From contig OZ024744.1 in the NCBI GenBank assembly GCA_964016885.1, positions 76,446,001 to 76,510,000 on the forward strand: a stretch of DNA of 64,000 nucleotides, read 5' to 3'. The stretch is from Eledone cirrhosa (lineage: Eukaryota). The position numbers were made by a program, and so were the translations under genes. A model generated the notes under the pieces. The model had not been told where the DNA came from, ran no database searches, and was given only the letters and a program-made list of their open reading frames with translations. This document shows positions 12,174 to 33,562 of the stretch, piece by piece. Position 1 is the stretch's first letter; each line of letters starts with the position of its first letter.

Positions 12174-12696
12174 TTAATAAACAAAAACACAGTGGTGAGC
12201 ATAAGCTCTACCAAGCGTAGTCACACAAACAATTAGAATACAATAGAGGGTAAAATGGGGAGATCGGAGATGGCGAATAAGGAGAGAGTACATGTTGGGG
12301 TTGTTATTGAGCACTACAGCTAAATTTTTTTCACAAGATGCAGATGCAAGTGATGGCACACAAAAGCAAAAAGTATAAACAATGGTTAAAACATATAATA
12401 AAACAGTAAATGGGAGATAATATAAAGAGATAAAAAATAAATAAAAAAGATAAACAATTTTAAAAAGAAAAAAAATAAAAAATAAAAAAAAAAAATAAAA
12501 AAGAAAAAAGAAAAAAGAAAAAAGAAAAAAGAAAAAAGAAAAAGAAAAAAGAAAAGCCAGAGGAAGACTAAAATCCGAAGAGGGCTCGATAGGGATCATA
12601 TATATATATATGATCCCTATCGTTGGTCACTATATATAACAAGTGAATAAGAACTCCGTAACTAATAGTTATAAAAATACTAAGAGATTCTTAAGG

Positions 12697-12759
<63 letters not shown>

Positions 12760-12828
12760 ATACTTGGGAGAGGGTCATATTTGTGTAATATTGCCAGAAT
12801 TAATAACAGAACACACTCACTATATATA

Positions 12829-13260
12829 TATTATTCAAAATGTTAACAAATTGAAAATATTCGAATAATCAAAATATATACTTTATTATATATATTTCAA
12901 AGGTACTGTGCTGTTTTTTCAGTACGTCCTCATCAGACAAATTATATGATTTCATATATGACATACCGCTACTGCCTTGATTATTCAATTCCCGTATTGG
13001 AACTGAATAATGAAGACCGTAGTGGTATGTCATATATCAAATCATATATTTTGTCTGATGAGGACGTACTGAAAAAATAGCACAGTACCTTTGAAATATA
13101 TATAATAAAGTATATATTTTGATTATGTGAATATTTTTCATTTGTTAACATTTTGAATAATATTAAAAACTCCAGGAAAACTTTTTTGTTGAGTGCTTCT
13201 AATCTATTGTAAAACTGTATTCGTTGAGTAATCCACGAACCATATTAATCTTTGGTTTTA
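12829..13260. mobile_element. Fold-back pLTR element in (TA)n, ~164-bp arms (12829-12992 / 12999-13162), HHR in each arm
   Basis: Near-perfect inverted repeat; CTGATGA at 13055, gtactg/cagtac stem, GAAA at 13093. Confidence 0.85.
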
Positions 13261-13277
13261 TATATATATATATATAT

Positions 13278-13987
13278 AAATACAAATAAATTATCGAGAA
13301 TCGGAATCTCGGCCCACGAAATAACGAAACACAATCTTCGAAATGTGTGGCAAAGTGCTCAATAGTTTGGGTAAACCAGAGCTATAACTAACGTTTAAAT
13401 ACCAACACACTGAGACGATGCTTAAACAATCATTCGCACAGCCGAAAAAACGACCAAGAAAATTCGGGTCAGACAAATAAAAATATGTATGAATGAAAAA
13501 TGTTTACCCGTACCCCCTGGAAAGATGGTAAATTCCAGCATTTGGGTTTCTGCGGCTCCTAAATCAGTTACCGTCAGCTTACATAAAAAATATCCGGCTT
13601 CTGGCAGAATGATGAACGAGGAAACCACTTTTCAACAGGCGGTTAGTTCAAATATACAAGGGAACCCGTTACTAAATCAACGTGGGGTCTAACAAGGGAG
13701 GGAACCCCTATATTAGGCGAATGAATTCAGTAGTGTATATTATTGTAAAAATACAAAATATCACATATCGAGTTAGAGTTCTCAACAGACGGGTTAAAAT
13801 TAACATGAACTATTCATCAGTCAATAGGATCAACTAAAAAATCAAAAAAATTAACTGACCAATAGCTAAAGACTGGAGATAAATACAAATAAATTATCGA
13901 GAATCGGAATCTCGGCCCACGAAATAACGAAACATATTCTTCGAAATGTGTGGCAAAGTGCTCAATAGTTTGGATAAACCAGAGCTA
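13278..13987. mobile_element. ORF-less element with ~110-bp terminal direct repeats (603-bp period) in (TA)n
   Basis: 13278-13387 repeated at 13880-13987. Confidence 0.7.
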
Positions 13988-14010
13988 TATATATATATGT
14001 GTGTGTGTGT

Positions 14011-16590
14011 GGCAGGATGTCGATAGACAGCATGCCGAACTACATCAAGAATATGCAACCCCACATCACCAACACGAGCGAAATTACACAACAAACACAT
14101 GAGGGGAGAGAGAAGATCCTCAACGCTCACATGATGATGTGGACCGACATCCTAAAGCCAAGCAAACGCACTGCCAACAACTTCCAGAAGTCTAACAATG
14201 ACATACCGCCCTTATATGGGCTCCGCAAAGACCATAAGACAGTCGACGACCCGACGACAGGGCTAGCAACAAGACCTGTATGCGGAGCCAATATCGCTAG
14301 CAACTACAGTATCTCCTACTTCCTCTCAATGGTTATACGTCCCATAATCAAGATGTCCCCAGATGTATGTGACAGTACAGAGGACCTCCTCAGCAGAATC
14401 AATGAGTGCAACAAAAACAAAAATCTATCTAACTGCATAATAGGCAGTATGGATGTGGTATCACTATACCCACCCATTAACATTGATTTTGCTGTGGAAA
14501 ATTTGTGGAGATGATCAGTGAGAGTGAGGTGGAGTTCTGCGACGTCGACACAGATGAACTGGGCCTCCTACTTAGACTTACCTATTACACCGAGTACCTA
14601 GACAGCCATGACCTTAGCCGTTTCTTCCCCCGTAGACACATAAGAAGTAGACCCCCACAATAACCTCAATGGCAAAAAAGACTCCCATGGGAAGGGGGAT
14701 TGGGTGGACCAAAGCCATACGGACCCCTCAAAACTATGATCAGGTAAGAAAAATGGTCACGCATGCAATAGGGACCAGTATTAAAACTACGCTAAAGGGC
14801 CATATATTCAAATTCAACGAAGATCTACATCCAAAATAAGGGAGCCGCCATTTGGCGTCTGCATAGCTGGTGACGTTGCCAACCTTTTTATGGTATGGTG
14901 GGAAAGGAGACTCAAAGATCTCCTTGATGAGAGCTCCATAGACCTCATCATGTACTCTCGTTATGTAGATGATATCAATATAGTAATAAGAACACCCACA
15001 CAAGAGAGTACTAACAAATATGATTTAGAATGTAGCACAATAGAAAGCATCCAGCAGATGGTTAACTCCATACACCAGAGTATAACTGCGACTATCGAAT
15101 ACCCTTCCAAACACTCTAACAATAGACTACCAGTATTAGACACGGAACTCTGGATTAACACTATAGACGAGACGGCCCAAATTCGCCACTCACACTACGC
15201 TAAACCCATGGCCTCCAAATACCTGATACTCAAAAACTCAGCAATGTCCAGTAATGCTAAGTTTAATATTCTGGTCGCAGACTTGGTACGAGTGATGATG
15301 AACGTGTCCCGCATGTGCGACCCAACAGAAATGGAAAGACACATCCAACACTTCATCAACCGCATGCAGTTCTCTGGCTACAACCAAAGATACAGAATCA
15401 GAGTATACAAAGGAGCCACGGAGAAGTATGAGACCCTCATAGAACTGGACATGAAAGGAATTTGCCCATTATACAGGAGCAAATCATGGAATAGCTTAGA
15501 TAGGACTAAACATAAGATAGGGAAAGCCACCTCATGGAACGACAACCAGATATACCAGAGTGTCATGTTCGTGGACGCTACCCCTGGAGGGAAATTAGCT
15601 AACCAGTGTAGAAAGGCCATGAAAAAGACTCACTTGAAGATTAAAGTGGTAGAAAAGCCAAGAACTACCATATAATCCCTGATCAGCAAAACATATCCTT
15701 TTATGAAAACCCACTATACTAATAGGAAATGTGTTATATGTAATGTAAACCCACAGATAAACTGTAAAACTGGAAATGTAGTCTATAGCATAAGATGTAC
15801 AGAGGGTGCTTGCAGAAACATGACAACAACATACATAGGCGAGACAGCTCGAAGCATAGGAGAAAGGATAGACCAAAACTGGGGGGAATTAAAAGGAGGA
15901 AAAAACGGTTCAGTACTATACGAACATGACAGACAACAACATGACGGTAACATAGACAACATAGAAATTAGAATAATATCTAAACATAGAAATGACCCAG
16001 CAGGTAGGCAAATCAGAGAGGCAAGCGAAATAGAGCTTAGAATGCCAAAGCTAAACAGAAAAAATTAATGGAATAACAACACCCAAACAACCTATACTGA
16101 CTTAAGAGAAATATAAATAAATAAATAAATATTTACACAAGCACAATGACAACAAATACATATAAACACACACTAGTAAACTAAGATAGAATACAATAAC
16201 CAACACGCACAGTCACCCAAACGCGAACACACACACCAAACGCTAAAACATACATGCAAACGCATGCGCAGAGAAGAAGAAAAAAATAAATAAATAAATA
16301 AATAAACAGATAAAATAAAAATGACGTAGACATACAATACAACAGGAGGAACAAAATAGTACCACTGGTGATGTTGCAGATGTGCAACGAAAGAACTTTG
16401 TTAGACTATATATATGTATTTATATCTGACCGTTGGTCAGTCAATGATAAACATTGAGGACCAAATGAATTAACTGTGGAGATGTAAAAGATACAGAAGC
16501 GAAAACCAACCAAACATTGGGTGTGTTCTGTTATTATTTCTGGGAATATTATTACAACAATATGACCCTCCCCAAATATATAAACATATA
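14011..16590 (+). mobile_element. 5'-truncated Penelope-like element (RT + GIY-YIG + pLTR), decayed
   Basis: PPLYGLRKDHK, RPVCGA, SMDVVSLYP, YSRYVDD and VVYSIRC..YIGETARS motifs; same family as 40741-43193; flanked by (TA)n/(TG)n. Confidence 0.92.
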
Positions 16591-16602
16591 TATATGTATA
16601 TA

Positions 16603-22045
<5,443 letters not shown>

Positions 22046-22046
22046 T

Positions 22047-22117
<71 letters not shown>

Positions 22118-22350
22118 ATTTCTTTATTTACCACAAGGGCGCACAAGAAAAGGGAACAATACAAAGACATGCCGGGGATTTTACATACAGTCGTGTAAAA
22201 ATATAGAACAAACAATTACAACAATCGAAATCCCCAATAGGGAGGAAGCACCACAAATGGGTTGTTTAATACCCCGTCGATAGAACAACCCTCAACTTCA
22301 GGAGCGTGTTGTGCAAGTGCTCCTTTCTTCCTTTTGCACTCCTCTTTAAC

Positions 22351-25300
22351 CTACAGGCTTATAAACAGAGAAGGCCCAATCACTCGGACCATTTTTGCAA
22401 CATTCACTCACCTTTCAGTCAATTTGCTGGGGTGCAGTGCCTCTCTCTCCACTCTGATTCTCCTTCTAAAGTGATACTTAAAGAAGGGAATCAATTGTTG
22501 TCCGGAGAGTAAGGCATCTGTTCTTAGTCCTCTCAATCTCGTCCACCATATAACTTCTTTCACCATAGCCACAGTACAGAGGAAAACCGCCTCTCTTTCG
22601 TTTCTGAAAGAGGCTGGCGGTTTGATCCTTACTATGGACTCGGCAGTCAATTGTATTTGTCCCATACGCGACAGCAGTTGTTCTGCATAGTTCCACAGGT
22701 CGGTTACGCCCGGGCAGTGTACAATTACGTGCAGGACGGTTTCAATGTCCTGCACGCATCTTGGACACGTCCTCTTGGAAGGATCCCTGCCGGGGATTTC
22801 TTATCTGTTGATCTTGTCGCGAACTGGTATAGCTCCTCGGTAGCACTTCCAGTCCAAGGACCTCTGGAAGTTGTCCATAGGTCCCGGGCGGAAAGTCCTA
22901 CCGAACAGACAGGTGAGCTCATCGTCTTCGACGCGCAGAGTCTCTCCGAGCATGTCGTCGTCCTTGTAACGTACAGTCCCTCTATAGAATGTCGAAGTGG
23001 AGTCTCCATTTATTGCTGTGCTCGCTTGCCAGAGGACTGTGAGCGCCTGAGCGCATTCAATATGCCAGGCGCCCATCGATTTCGGTCTTTTCTTGACCCA
23101 GGACTGCAGCTCCGTCAGCGAGACGAGCTGCGGGAAAGCATGTCTCACAAACGGTGCCCACACCGGTTGGAGGTCGGTGAGGAATACCTGGAAATATCGC
23201 AGCCTCAGCGCATGTTTGCGCATCATCAGCCACAGCATTCCCAGCCCTCGGTTGGAAGGGTGCTGACAGCAGACGGATCTCCTCACCACCGCAGCCTGCT
23301 TCTTCCACAGAAACTGGAAGAGGATGCATTCCATCTTGGCGAGGTGTTCACGGGGACAAGGTACGACACTCAAGCGGTAGTAGATGACGGACGCTATGAA
23401 AGGGTTCGCCACCTCCACTTGACCTTTCAAGGACAGTTTGCACTCTGCCCACTTCTGGGTGAGCGCAAACACCATGGCCGTGACTTCGTTCAAGTTTTTC
23501 TCCACCTGGAGGTCTAGACCGAACCAGACACCAAGCAATTTCACCGGTCCGTCCGTCCAGCGTCCAGCGACGCTGTCGGACGTCATCAATTTGCCTCTCC
23601 ACGCACCGAGTTTCAAATCGACAGACTTGTCCGGGTTTAGTTTTGCTGCCGTCAGCGTTTCGTATTCTTTCAGTAAGTTGCCGATCACCCCGATTTCCGA
23701 GGGGCTCGACACCATAAGCCGACGCCGCTTTGCGCAGTCCCGAATCTAGAGGGATGCCCTGCAACAGCTCCAATTTCCGCAGTAGTGGCTTTAGAGTCAA
23801 TACATACAGAATGGAGGAGAGAGGGCATCCCTGTCGAATGGAACGCGTGATCACGACCCTCGAGCAGATGCTGGTGTGTATCGCCTCGATCCAGCCTCTG
23901 AAAACGGGATCGAAACCGGCCGCCTTGAGAACCGCTTCCAAGTATCGATGGTCGACCCTATCGAATGCCTTAGACTGATACAAATTGATCAGAGCCTCAC
24001 CGAAGCCGGGTTTACTACCCACCCTCTCTATGATGTATCGCATGAGGTGGAGGTTGTCGTGTATGGACCTAGTCGGGATTGCACACGTTTGCGCTTTCCC
24101 TACCAGGTTCTCGACGACAAGCGCCAGCCTCGTCGCTAGCACCTTGGCCAAAATCTTTAACTCTGTGTTGAGCAGAGTTATGGGGCTGAAGTTGATAATT
24201 TCGTCCCCCTTGTTCTCGTCTTTCCTATCAGCGTTACGACGCCCATGCTTGCAGAACTGGGAATTCTCCCGTTCTGCTGCCAATTGCGGTAGACTGCTTC
24301 GAGGACACAAGAAAACAAGTCCGGCATGCCTATGTAAACTCATAGGGTAGACGATCTAGACCGGGTGACTTGCGCTTCCCGCAGCGGCCCAGGGCGTCCC
24401 GTATCTCAGTATCCGTGATCGGCGTCTGTGTTCGAGAGATGCGGCAGGCCGTCTAGGTATGAACTAAAGTCCATTGCCCCGTTTGGCTCACCGTCGTTCT
24501 GCTCAAACAATCGCGCAAAGTGCTGCTGAAAGGCCGCGCACATTTGCTTGGGGTCAAGTAGCACGCGTCCGTTTTGGTCTTTCAAAGACCGAATCGTGGA
24601 CTTGTTGCCACTTTTTGCCTCCGCCACTCGGGCCCAGCTAACAGCTTTCGCTCCTGCGTTTCCTAGAGCACGTGTTTGCTTCTGACCACGCAGCCTTCGT
24701 GTTTCGCATCGAAGAACTGGTCCAGTGCCGTTCTTGACGCTAACACTCTAGCCGCGTTGCCACTTCTAAGTCCCTCCTTTACCTTGGCTACTAGTTCTCT
24801 TTCTATTTTGTTTTTCTCTAAGGCTAACTCTCTGCTAAACTCTATCGATTCTACTCTAATTGCTTTTTTGAGAGAGTACCACCATTTATTGTTGACGATG
24901 GCTCCCGTTAACTGTTGCTTGACTAGTCTACTTATCCGTTCACCGTAAGCTTTACGTGCCGGCAACGACACGTTCAGCTTCCAGTGTCCGGGTCCCTGTC
25001 TATGTATTCTACCACGGTTGACTATGCAGACGACTAATTTGTGATCTGAATAGGCAACTATGTGCATTCGTGGACAGCTTAACATCTCCTTGTCCCTTTC
25101 TCTAATGAAGAACCTATCTAAATACGATCTAGATGTCCCGCTGCGGTTTGCTCACGTCCACTATGAAGCAGTCGGGAAATCCAGTCGATACATATCGGCC
25201 AGTTGGAATTGGCCGATTAAAGTGTTGAGGCTGTTGCAACCCCACCTCTACTGGGACATTATCCTACATAGTCCCATCGTGCATCTAGGATACCATTCCA

Positions 25301-25729
25301 GTCCCCCACTAAAAGCAAGGAGCGAGACGTTCCCAGAAAAGACTCTAGACGCTTAAATAAGTCTGACCGTGATTGCGATTGCCCGGTCGGGTCATAAACG
25401 GCCACCAGTCTGAAGGCTCCACCTCCAATACTGTTCACGTCTAGGACTACCAGTCTACCCTCCGGGTCCAAGTGTACTTGCTGTACTTCGACGTCCAGGT
25501 TCTTCCGAAATATGACAGTCACTCCCCCTCCACCTCACGGCTGACAGAGAGATGCGTAGATCTCAAAGTCATTGAAGATGGAGGTTAGATTCTGCCTGTT
25601 GTGGATCCTGGACTCGGTGATGGCTATTACATCTATACCGTTTGACCTAACGTCGTTTAAAAGTTGGCCCTGTTTCCAGGGCATCCCTAGGCCACGCACA
25701 TTCACGCTTCCAACTCGTAAGTCAGCCAT
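22351..25729 (-). pseudogene. Tx1 ORF2 (APE + RT), frameshifted
   Basis: MADLRVGSVNVRGLG start; YSDH; KAFDRVDH; RQGCPLS. Confidence 0.9.
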
Positions 25730-27495
25730 GTTGGTGGAGAAGAGTTGGCGAAAAGGACGAAAAGGTGCACTTACCTGTTCGTTTCCTGGAGATCGGGTTG
25801 TTCAATCTCCATTTCAGTTCTGGTCGGGGTGTTGGGTGGGGTGGGGAATCATTTTAATAGAACGCGGTTAATAGGTTTTTGACCGGAGTTGCCAACATCC
25901 TGCGAAAATTGTTCTTTCAATGTCTGATAGCTTTCTATCGAAACCCTTATTAGTTTTAGGTGTGGTTGTGAGTCTGCTTTTACAAAAGTTTTCCCCTCAG
26001 TTTCCACTTTGGGGTCCTGTGAGATGACCTCCATCATTTTTTTGTTGTTGGTGTTGATGTATGTATATTGTTGTTTTTGTTTTGGTTGTTGTTCGTCTGT
26101 GAGTTTTCTTATTTGTGTTTGGGGAGGTGTTGGTGTTTATTTGGTTAGTAGGGGAGGTTTGGTTGTGGTGTTGTTTGTGTTGTTCTATGTGTCTGTGGTT
26201 GTGTGTTGGTGTTGGTGATTGGAGTTTTGGGGGTTTTGTGGTGTGTCTTTTTTTTGTTTTTTAGATTTCCGAGGCTTTCCTTCTTCTTCACTTAAAGAAG
26301 GAGTAGCAGCCTCATCTGTCGAAAAATAATCATCGTCAGGAGTGTGGGGTAGAGGTATGTTGTGTGGTGGTGGTGTTTCGGTGTGTGTGTTTCTGGTAGT
26401 GTTTGATGGAGTGAGATAGGGTGGGGCTGTGTTCTTCAGGGGTGTTGTTTTTGTTTTTTCAGTTGTTGTTGTTTGAGTTGCTGTTTGTTTTTTGGTGTGT
26501 TTGCTTGTTTCGTGTGTTGTTGTTGTTGTGGTGGTGGTTGTTTTGGTGTTGGTAATAGTGTTTTCTTTTGTATTATTTTGGTTGAGCGTGTGTGTAAAGG
26601 GCAGGGGCCTTTAGGTGTGTGGTGCTATTGCAACGAAAGCAATGTGGTTTTCTTCGCTCCACCGAAATGTTTATGTGACTGTTGTTGTCGACCAGCCCTT
26701 TTTGTGGTATTTTGGAGATTCTTTCCGGGCTCATTTGCACCAGAATCTCCAAATTTGTACCAGACCAGGTGTGTTTGGTTGACTTTTTGATGGAGAGAAT
26801 AGTGTATTTTCTCTCCTCTAAAAATCCTGCCAATATCTACCAAATATTAATATTTGGTGGTATGTTTGACACTCTAATTTTTTGTGTCCTTTTTCCTAGG
26901 TATGTAGGGAAAAAGGTGTATTTTTGTGACAGTATTGGCGTCACTGAATATCTTTGTGCAAGGGCCTCGATTTTGAGGAGTACCGAAATACTCCCGTACC
27001 GTTTGGCCCTCTGCATAAAGTCAATGTCTGGCAATATCTCTTTCAAGGTTGCCTCAATTTCCCCTTACTGAGGAATTTTGGTCGTTTTGTTTCATTTGAA
27101 ACAGTTCTGGAGGTAATTGTCCTTTCCAGACGAATTTCTGGGGGTGAGTTTATCTTAAATCCACCGTTTTCACCGAAAGTGATAAACTCCTTTGCTTCAG
27201 AGAGCATCTGTTTCGCATTGGAGATATCGAGATCCGTGAATTCTTGTGTCTTGATGACTGTTTGCGCAAAGGTTTTTTTTTGTGTTGTTGTTGTTGTTGT
27301 TGTTGTGGTTGTCACGTTTTCCGTTTGTGGTTTTTTCAATGGTTTTATTTTCTGTTGTTCTTTCCGTCTGTTGTACTATGTGTGGTTCGATCTTGTTTTT
27401 ATTTTTGTTGTTCATATTGGTTTCCATGGTGACGCCAATACATGCGGAGTTAGAAGTAACGTTATTATTATGTGTGACTTGTATTATATTATATA

Positions 27496-27690
27496 AGGGC
27501 GGCGGATTGGCAGTATCGGTAGAGAATCGGGCACCATGCTTTGACGCATAGAGTTACGACCATTTCCATTCTGAGTTCAAACCCCGCCGAAGTCAACTTT
27601 GCCTTTCATCCTTACGGGGTCGATAAAATAAAGTACCAGTAATGTACTGAGTATTTGCTGGCCTTGTGCCAAAAGTAGAAACAATTATTA
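27496..27690 (+). mobile_element. Full-length tRNA-SINE within the Tx1 ORF1 region
   Basis: A-box TGGCAGTATCGG, B-box GAGTTCAAACC, tail gtgccaaaagtagaaacaattatta. Confidence 0.9.
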
Positions 27691-29499
27691 TTTGTGACTG
27701 TTTCTGTATAAGTTATTTTGTTGTTGTTGTGGTGGTGGTAGTTGTCAGGTTTTCCATTTGTAGTTGCGTCAATTGTTTTTTCTGTTGATTTTGGTGTGTG
27801 TTGTATACTGTGTGGTTCACTGTGCGATTCAATTTTGTTTGTGTTGTCTACTTCACTTTCGTTACACAAAACTTTGTTGTTAACTACATCGATACAGGCA
27901 AAATGTCTAGCAACGTTAAAGTCTATTTGTTCTTTTCTTTTTCCTTCTTCAACGTTCGCTCGCGTTCTTTGAATGCTTGGCATAGCTGACGGCAAAATAT
28001 TAAACATTTTTAAACAGTTTTCAAATTAATTTCAAATAAAATTTTCGCCCCCACAGGGGCGAACATTTTATTTCGGTGTGTGTGTTTGTGGTAGTGTTTG
28101 ATGTGTGGGATGGGGTGGGGCTGTATTCTTCAGGGGTGTTTTCTCTGTTTTTTTTTGTTGTTGGTTGAGTGGCTGTTTGTTTTGGTGTGGTTGCTCGTTT
28201 CGTCTGTGGTTGTACTTGTGGTGGTGGTGGTTGTTTTGGTGTTGGTAATAGTGTTTTTTTAATGATGTTATTGTGGTGTGTTTGTGAAGGACAAGAGGCT
28301 TTTAGGTGTGCTGTGCTACCACAGCGAAAGCAATGAAAGGTTCGTCCTTCTACCGAAATGTTTATTTTGTTGTTATCATTGATGACGATTCTTTCGGGTA
28401 TTTTGGAGATTCTCTCCGGCCTCATTTGCAACAGAATCTTCAAGTCAGTACCCGCCCACCTTTGTCGAATAGAATTTCGTATCGAAAGAATCATATCAGT
28501 TTCTGGCTCTACGAAGCCAGCTAAGATCCACCAGATGTTAATGTTTGGTGGTATATATATATATATTTTTTTTTGTGTCCTTTTTCCCATGTATGTTGGT
28601 GTCACAGAATGTTTTGGGGCGAGTGCCTCGCTTTTAAACAGTACGGAAACACTTCAGTACTGTTTTCCCCGTTGGAGAAATTCGGTATTTGCTAGAATTT
28701 CTTTCAAGGTATTTTCTATATCTCCTTGACTAACAAATATCGGCTTTCTCGTGGTATTCGATAGAGTCCTAAAGGTCACTGTCCTTCGAACTGTGTCTTC
28801 TTTTATTTCAAGGAGTGAGTTAATTCTAAACCCACTCTTCTCTTCGAAAGTTACAAATTTTCTCCCTTGCTGGAGCATATCTCTTGCATTGGAGATGTCA
28901 AGATTTATAAAATCTTGGTTTTTGTTCACTGTTTCGGCGAAAGACATTTTTATGTGTGGTGTTTCTGTTGTTGTTGTTGTTGTTATCTTTGTTAGCCTCG
29001 GTGTTGGAAATCTCAGTTCCTTGACGAGGTGAAACTTTATGTGTAGATGTATCTGTGTATTATGTGTATGTATGTTAATGGGTTTAATTCCTGTGTTTTC
29101 ATTTTTTTCTGCTTCGACGGTAGAAATTGTACAATCTTCAAGTTGCAATATTTGTTTCCCTTTGTTGACAGTCGTATCTATGGCAACGTCCATAGTAGCA
29201 GAAGCAGATATAACGTTAAAATCTACCTCTTTCTCTCTCTTTTCTCTGTCGACATTCTCCAGCGTTCTTGTCGTGTTATTCATGTTTTATAGTTGGCAAA
29301 ATTTGATATTTTAAAACAATTTTTAATTAAATGTTCGCCCCTAAAGGGGCGAAAAGTTGGATTACCACCCAGCTGACAATTCAGCTTGGGGGTTAATCTG
29401 CAAAATAATATGTTTTTTCAAACAATTTGTTCTGTTTTTGGTATATAAGTTTACAAAAAATCTTACCGGCGATGTTCCACACGTCAGGCAGAGAGAGAC

Positions 29500-29850
<351 letters not shown>

Positions 29851-29851
29851 C

Positions 29852-29938
<87 letters not shown>

Positions 29939-30352
29939 CGTATATACGTGTGGTTGGGTGCCCGTGTGTATAACTTTCGTTGCAATCTAATGTAAGGTAT
30001 AAATTTAATAAACATACAATTATAGCCTCGCTTCGAATTAATTAATATTTATGTACACATACATTCATTACTGTAAACAGGTATATATACATACATATAC
30101 ACACACACACAGACATACTCACACACACACACACACGCATATATATATATATATAAGTATATGTTGGTCTATATATAAATACATACATATATATATATGT
30201 GTGTGTGTGTACGTGTGTGCGTGTATGAGTGTGTGTGTACATGTGTACGTGTGTGTGTGCGTGTATGTATATGTATATGTGTATCTGACTGTCTCTGTGT
30301 GTATGTAGATACATACATCTACATCTACATATACATATACATATATATATAT

Positions 30353-30393
<41 letters not shown>

Positions 30394-30722
30394 ACATATG
30401 TTTATTTAAAACGTCCCTGTGTGCCGCCGTGTCTATATTTGAAAGCAAGAAAAACAAGAAACGGAAAATACCCAAGAGAGATAATGCTAAAGTGTTTAAA
30501 AATAGTTTCGCTTCTGCAAAGGATTTTTCTTTGAGATATTCTTCTTCTCTATCTTAATGTTGGAATCCAAAACCATATCGTTTTGAAACTGCTTTTTTGA
30601 TTATTCAGCGTTCAACCGACTGACTTACTTGAAGGAATATGCTCCAGAAAATAAAGCAAGGCATTAAACACGGTCTAGAACTTCCAGATTACCAATTTTT
30701 TTTTTTTTATTATTATTCATAA

Positions 30723-31755
30723 ACGAGGGTGGGTTGAAGAGTTCATAGGCTGACTATGAAGGAGTGATGCTAGAGCTGTGAAATCGTGCATGCTTTAATG
30801 TCAACTCTTCTTATTAATAACTGCAACATTTATATCTTTCCAGGGACTATGTTGAAAAATAAACCTCATTTGGTCATTCCATGAGAGTATCTTGGTCAGC
30901 CTATGAAGGAGTGATGCTAGAGCTGTGAAATATTGCATGCATTAATTTCAACTCTTCTTATTAAACAACTGCGTTGTTTCTTTCCTGGGACTATGTAGAA
31001 AAATAAACCTTATTTAGTCATTCCATGAAAGTATTTTGGTTAGCCTATGAAGGAGTGATGCTAGAGCTGTGAAATATTGCATGCATTAATTTCAACTCTT
31101 CTTATTAAACAACTGCGTTGTTTCTTTCCTGGGACTATGTAGAAAAATAAACCTCATTTAGTCATTCCATGAAAGTATTTTGGTTAGCCTATGAAGTAGT
31201 GATGTTAGAACTGAAATCTTGCATGCAATAATTTCAACTCTTCTTATTAATAACTGTATTTATATCTTTCCAGGGACTTAGAAAAATAAACTTCATTTGG
31301 TTATTCCATGGGAGTATCTTGTTAGCGTAACTATGAAGGAGTGATGTTAGCGCTGTGAAATCTTGCATGCAATAATTTCAACTCTTCTTATTAATAACTG
31401 TATTTATATCTTTCCAGAGACTATGTAGAAAAATAAACATCATTTGGTCATTCCATGAGAGTATCTTGGTCAGCCTATGAAGTAAGAGCTGTTTTACTTA
31501 TTAAACAACTGCCTTTGTTTCTTTCCAGGTACTGTGTTTGTGAAAAATAAACCCCATTTAGTCATTCTATGAGAGTATTTTGGTCAGCCTATGAAGGAGT
31601 GATGCTAGAGCTGTGAAATGTTGCCTGTATTAATTTCAACTCTTCTTATTAATAATTACATTTTTTCTTTCCAGGGACTGTGTTAGTTGAAAAATATACT
31701 CTCATTCCATGAGAGTATCTTGGTCAGCATATGAAATGTTCAACCGACCCTCGTA
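30723..31755. mobile_element. Mariner-type MITE with ~7 internal tandem ~144-bp units
   Basis: TIRs acgagggtgggttgaagagttcataggctgac / gtcagcatatgaaatgttcaaccgaccctcgta; units start at ~30754, 30901, 31045, 31189, 31331, 31475 and 31589. Confidence 0.8.
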
Positions 31756-31935
31756 TGCGTGAGTGTATGCACGCACACAACACATACACACACACGCACA
31801 CACATATACACATACACACATGCACATACACACACAAATATAATATATATTATGACATTTACATGTATATTAAGCGTGAAACTAATAGATATATATATCA
31901 TTGAACTTCATCATTTGTTGTGTTTTCCGCTTACT

Positions 31936-32010
<75 letters not shown>

Positions 32011-32051
32011 CACACACACACACACACACACACATACATACACACACACAG

Positions 32052-32143
<92 letters not shown>

Positions 32144-32148
<5 letters not shown>

Positions 32149-32301
32149 TTCTACAGGACTAGAACTGTTATCATTCGGGAGAAATCATCAGGAAACGGTT
32201 CTAGTCCTGTAGAAGCCATTTCTATATTAAATATTTATACTCTGCTATGTATTGAGTACCTTACCTACTGTGGTTACCCCCGATTGAGCACGGGATAAAC
32301 T
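32144..32301. mobile_element. Short fold-back pLTR tail in (TA)n
   Basis: Arms atggcttctacaggactagaac / gttctagtcctgtagaagccat; the tail recurs at 63042-63160. Confidence 0.75.
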
Positions 32302-32327
32302 TATATATATATATATATATACACACA

Positions 32328-32403
32328 CAGGGTTTCCCCTAAATATGTATACACACTTCAACAGCATTCTAATAAAAGTGTGCATATATTTTGGGGGGAC
32401 ACC

Positions 32404-32406
<3 letters not shown>
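32328..32406. mobile_element. ~79-bp Tc1/mariner-type MITE
   Basis: Imperfect ~31-bp TIRs starting CAGGGT, followed by TA. Confidence 0.65.
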
Positions 32407-33478
<1,072 letters not shown>

Positions 33479-33562
33479 CCCACTCTACTACCCCAAGTAT
33501 CGAGGACTCTGGTGCGGTATGGTCCACCTTGTATCTTACCACAACTTCTTTGTTATATATAT

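Noticed and set aside
27496-27590. tRNA genes at A/B-box sequences
   Set aside because: They continue into SINE bodies and lack an intact cloverleaf.
30754-31740. CRISPR-like array
   Set aside because: Contiguous tandem units with no unique spacers, in a eukaryotic context.
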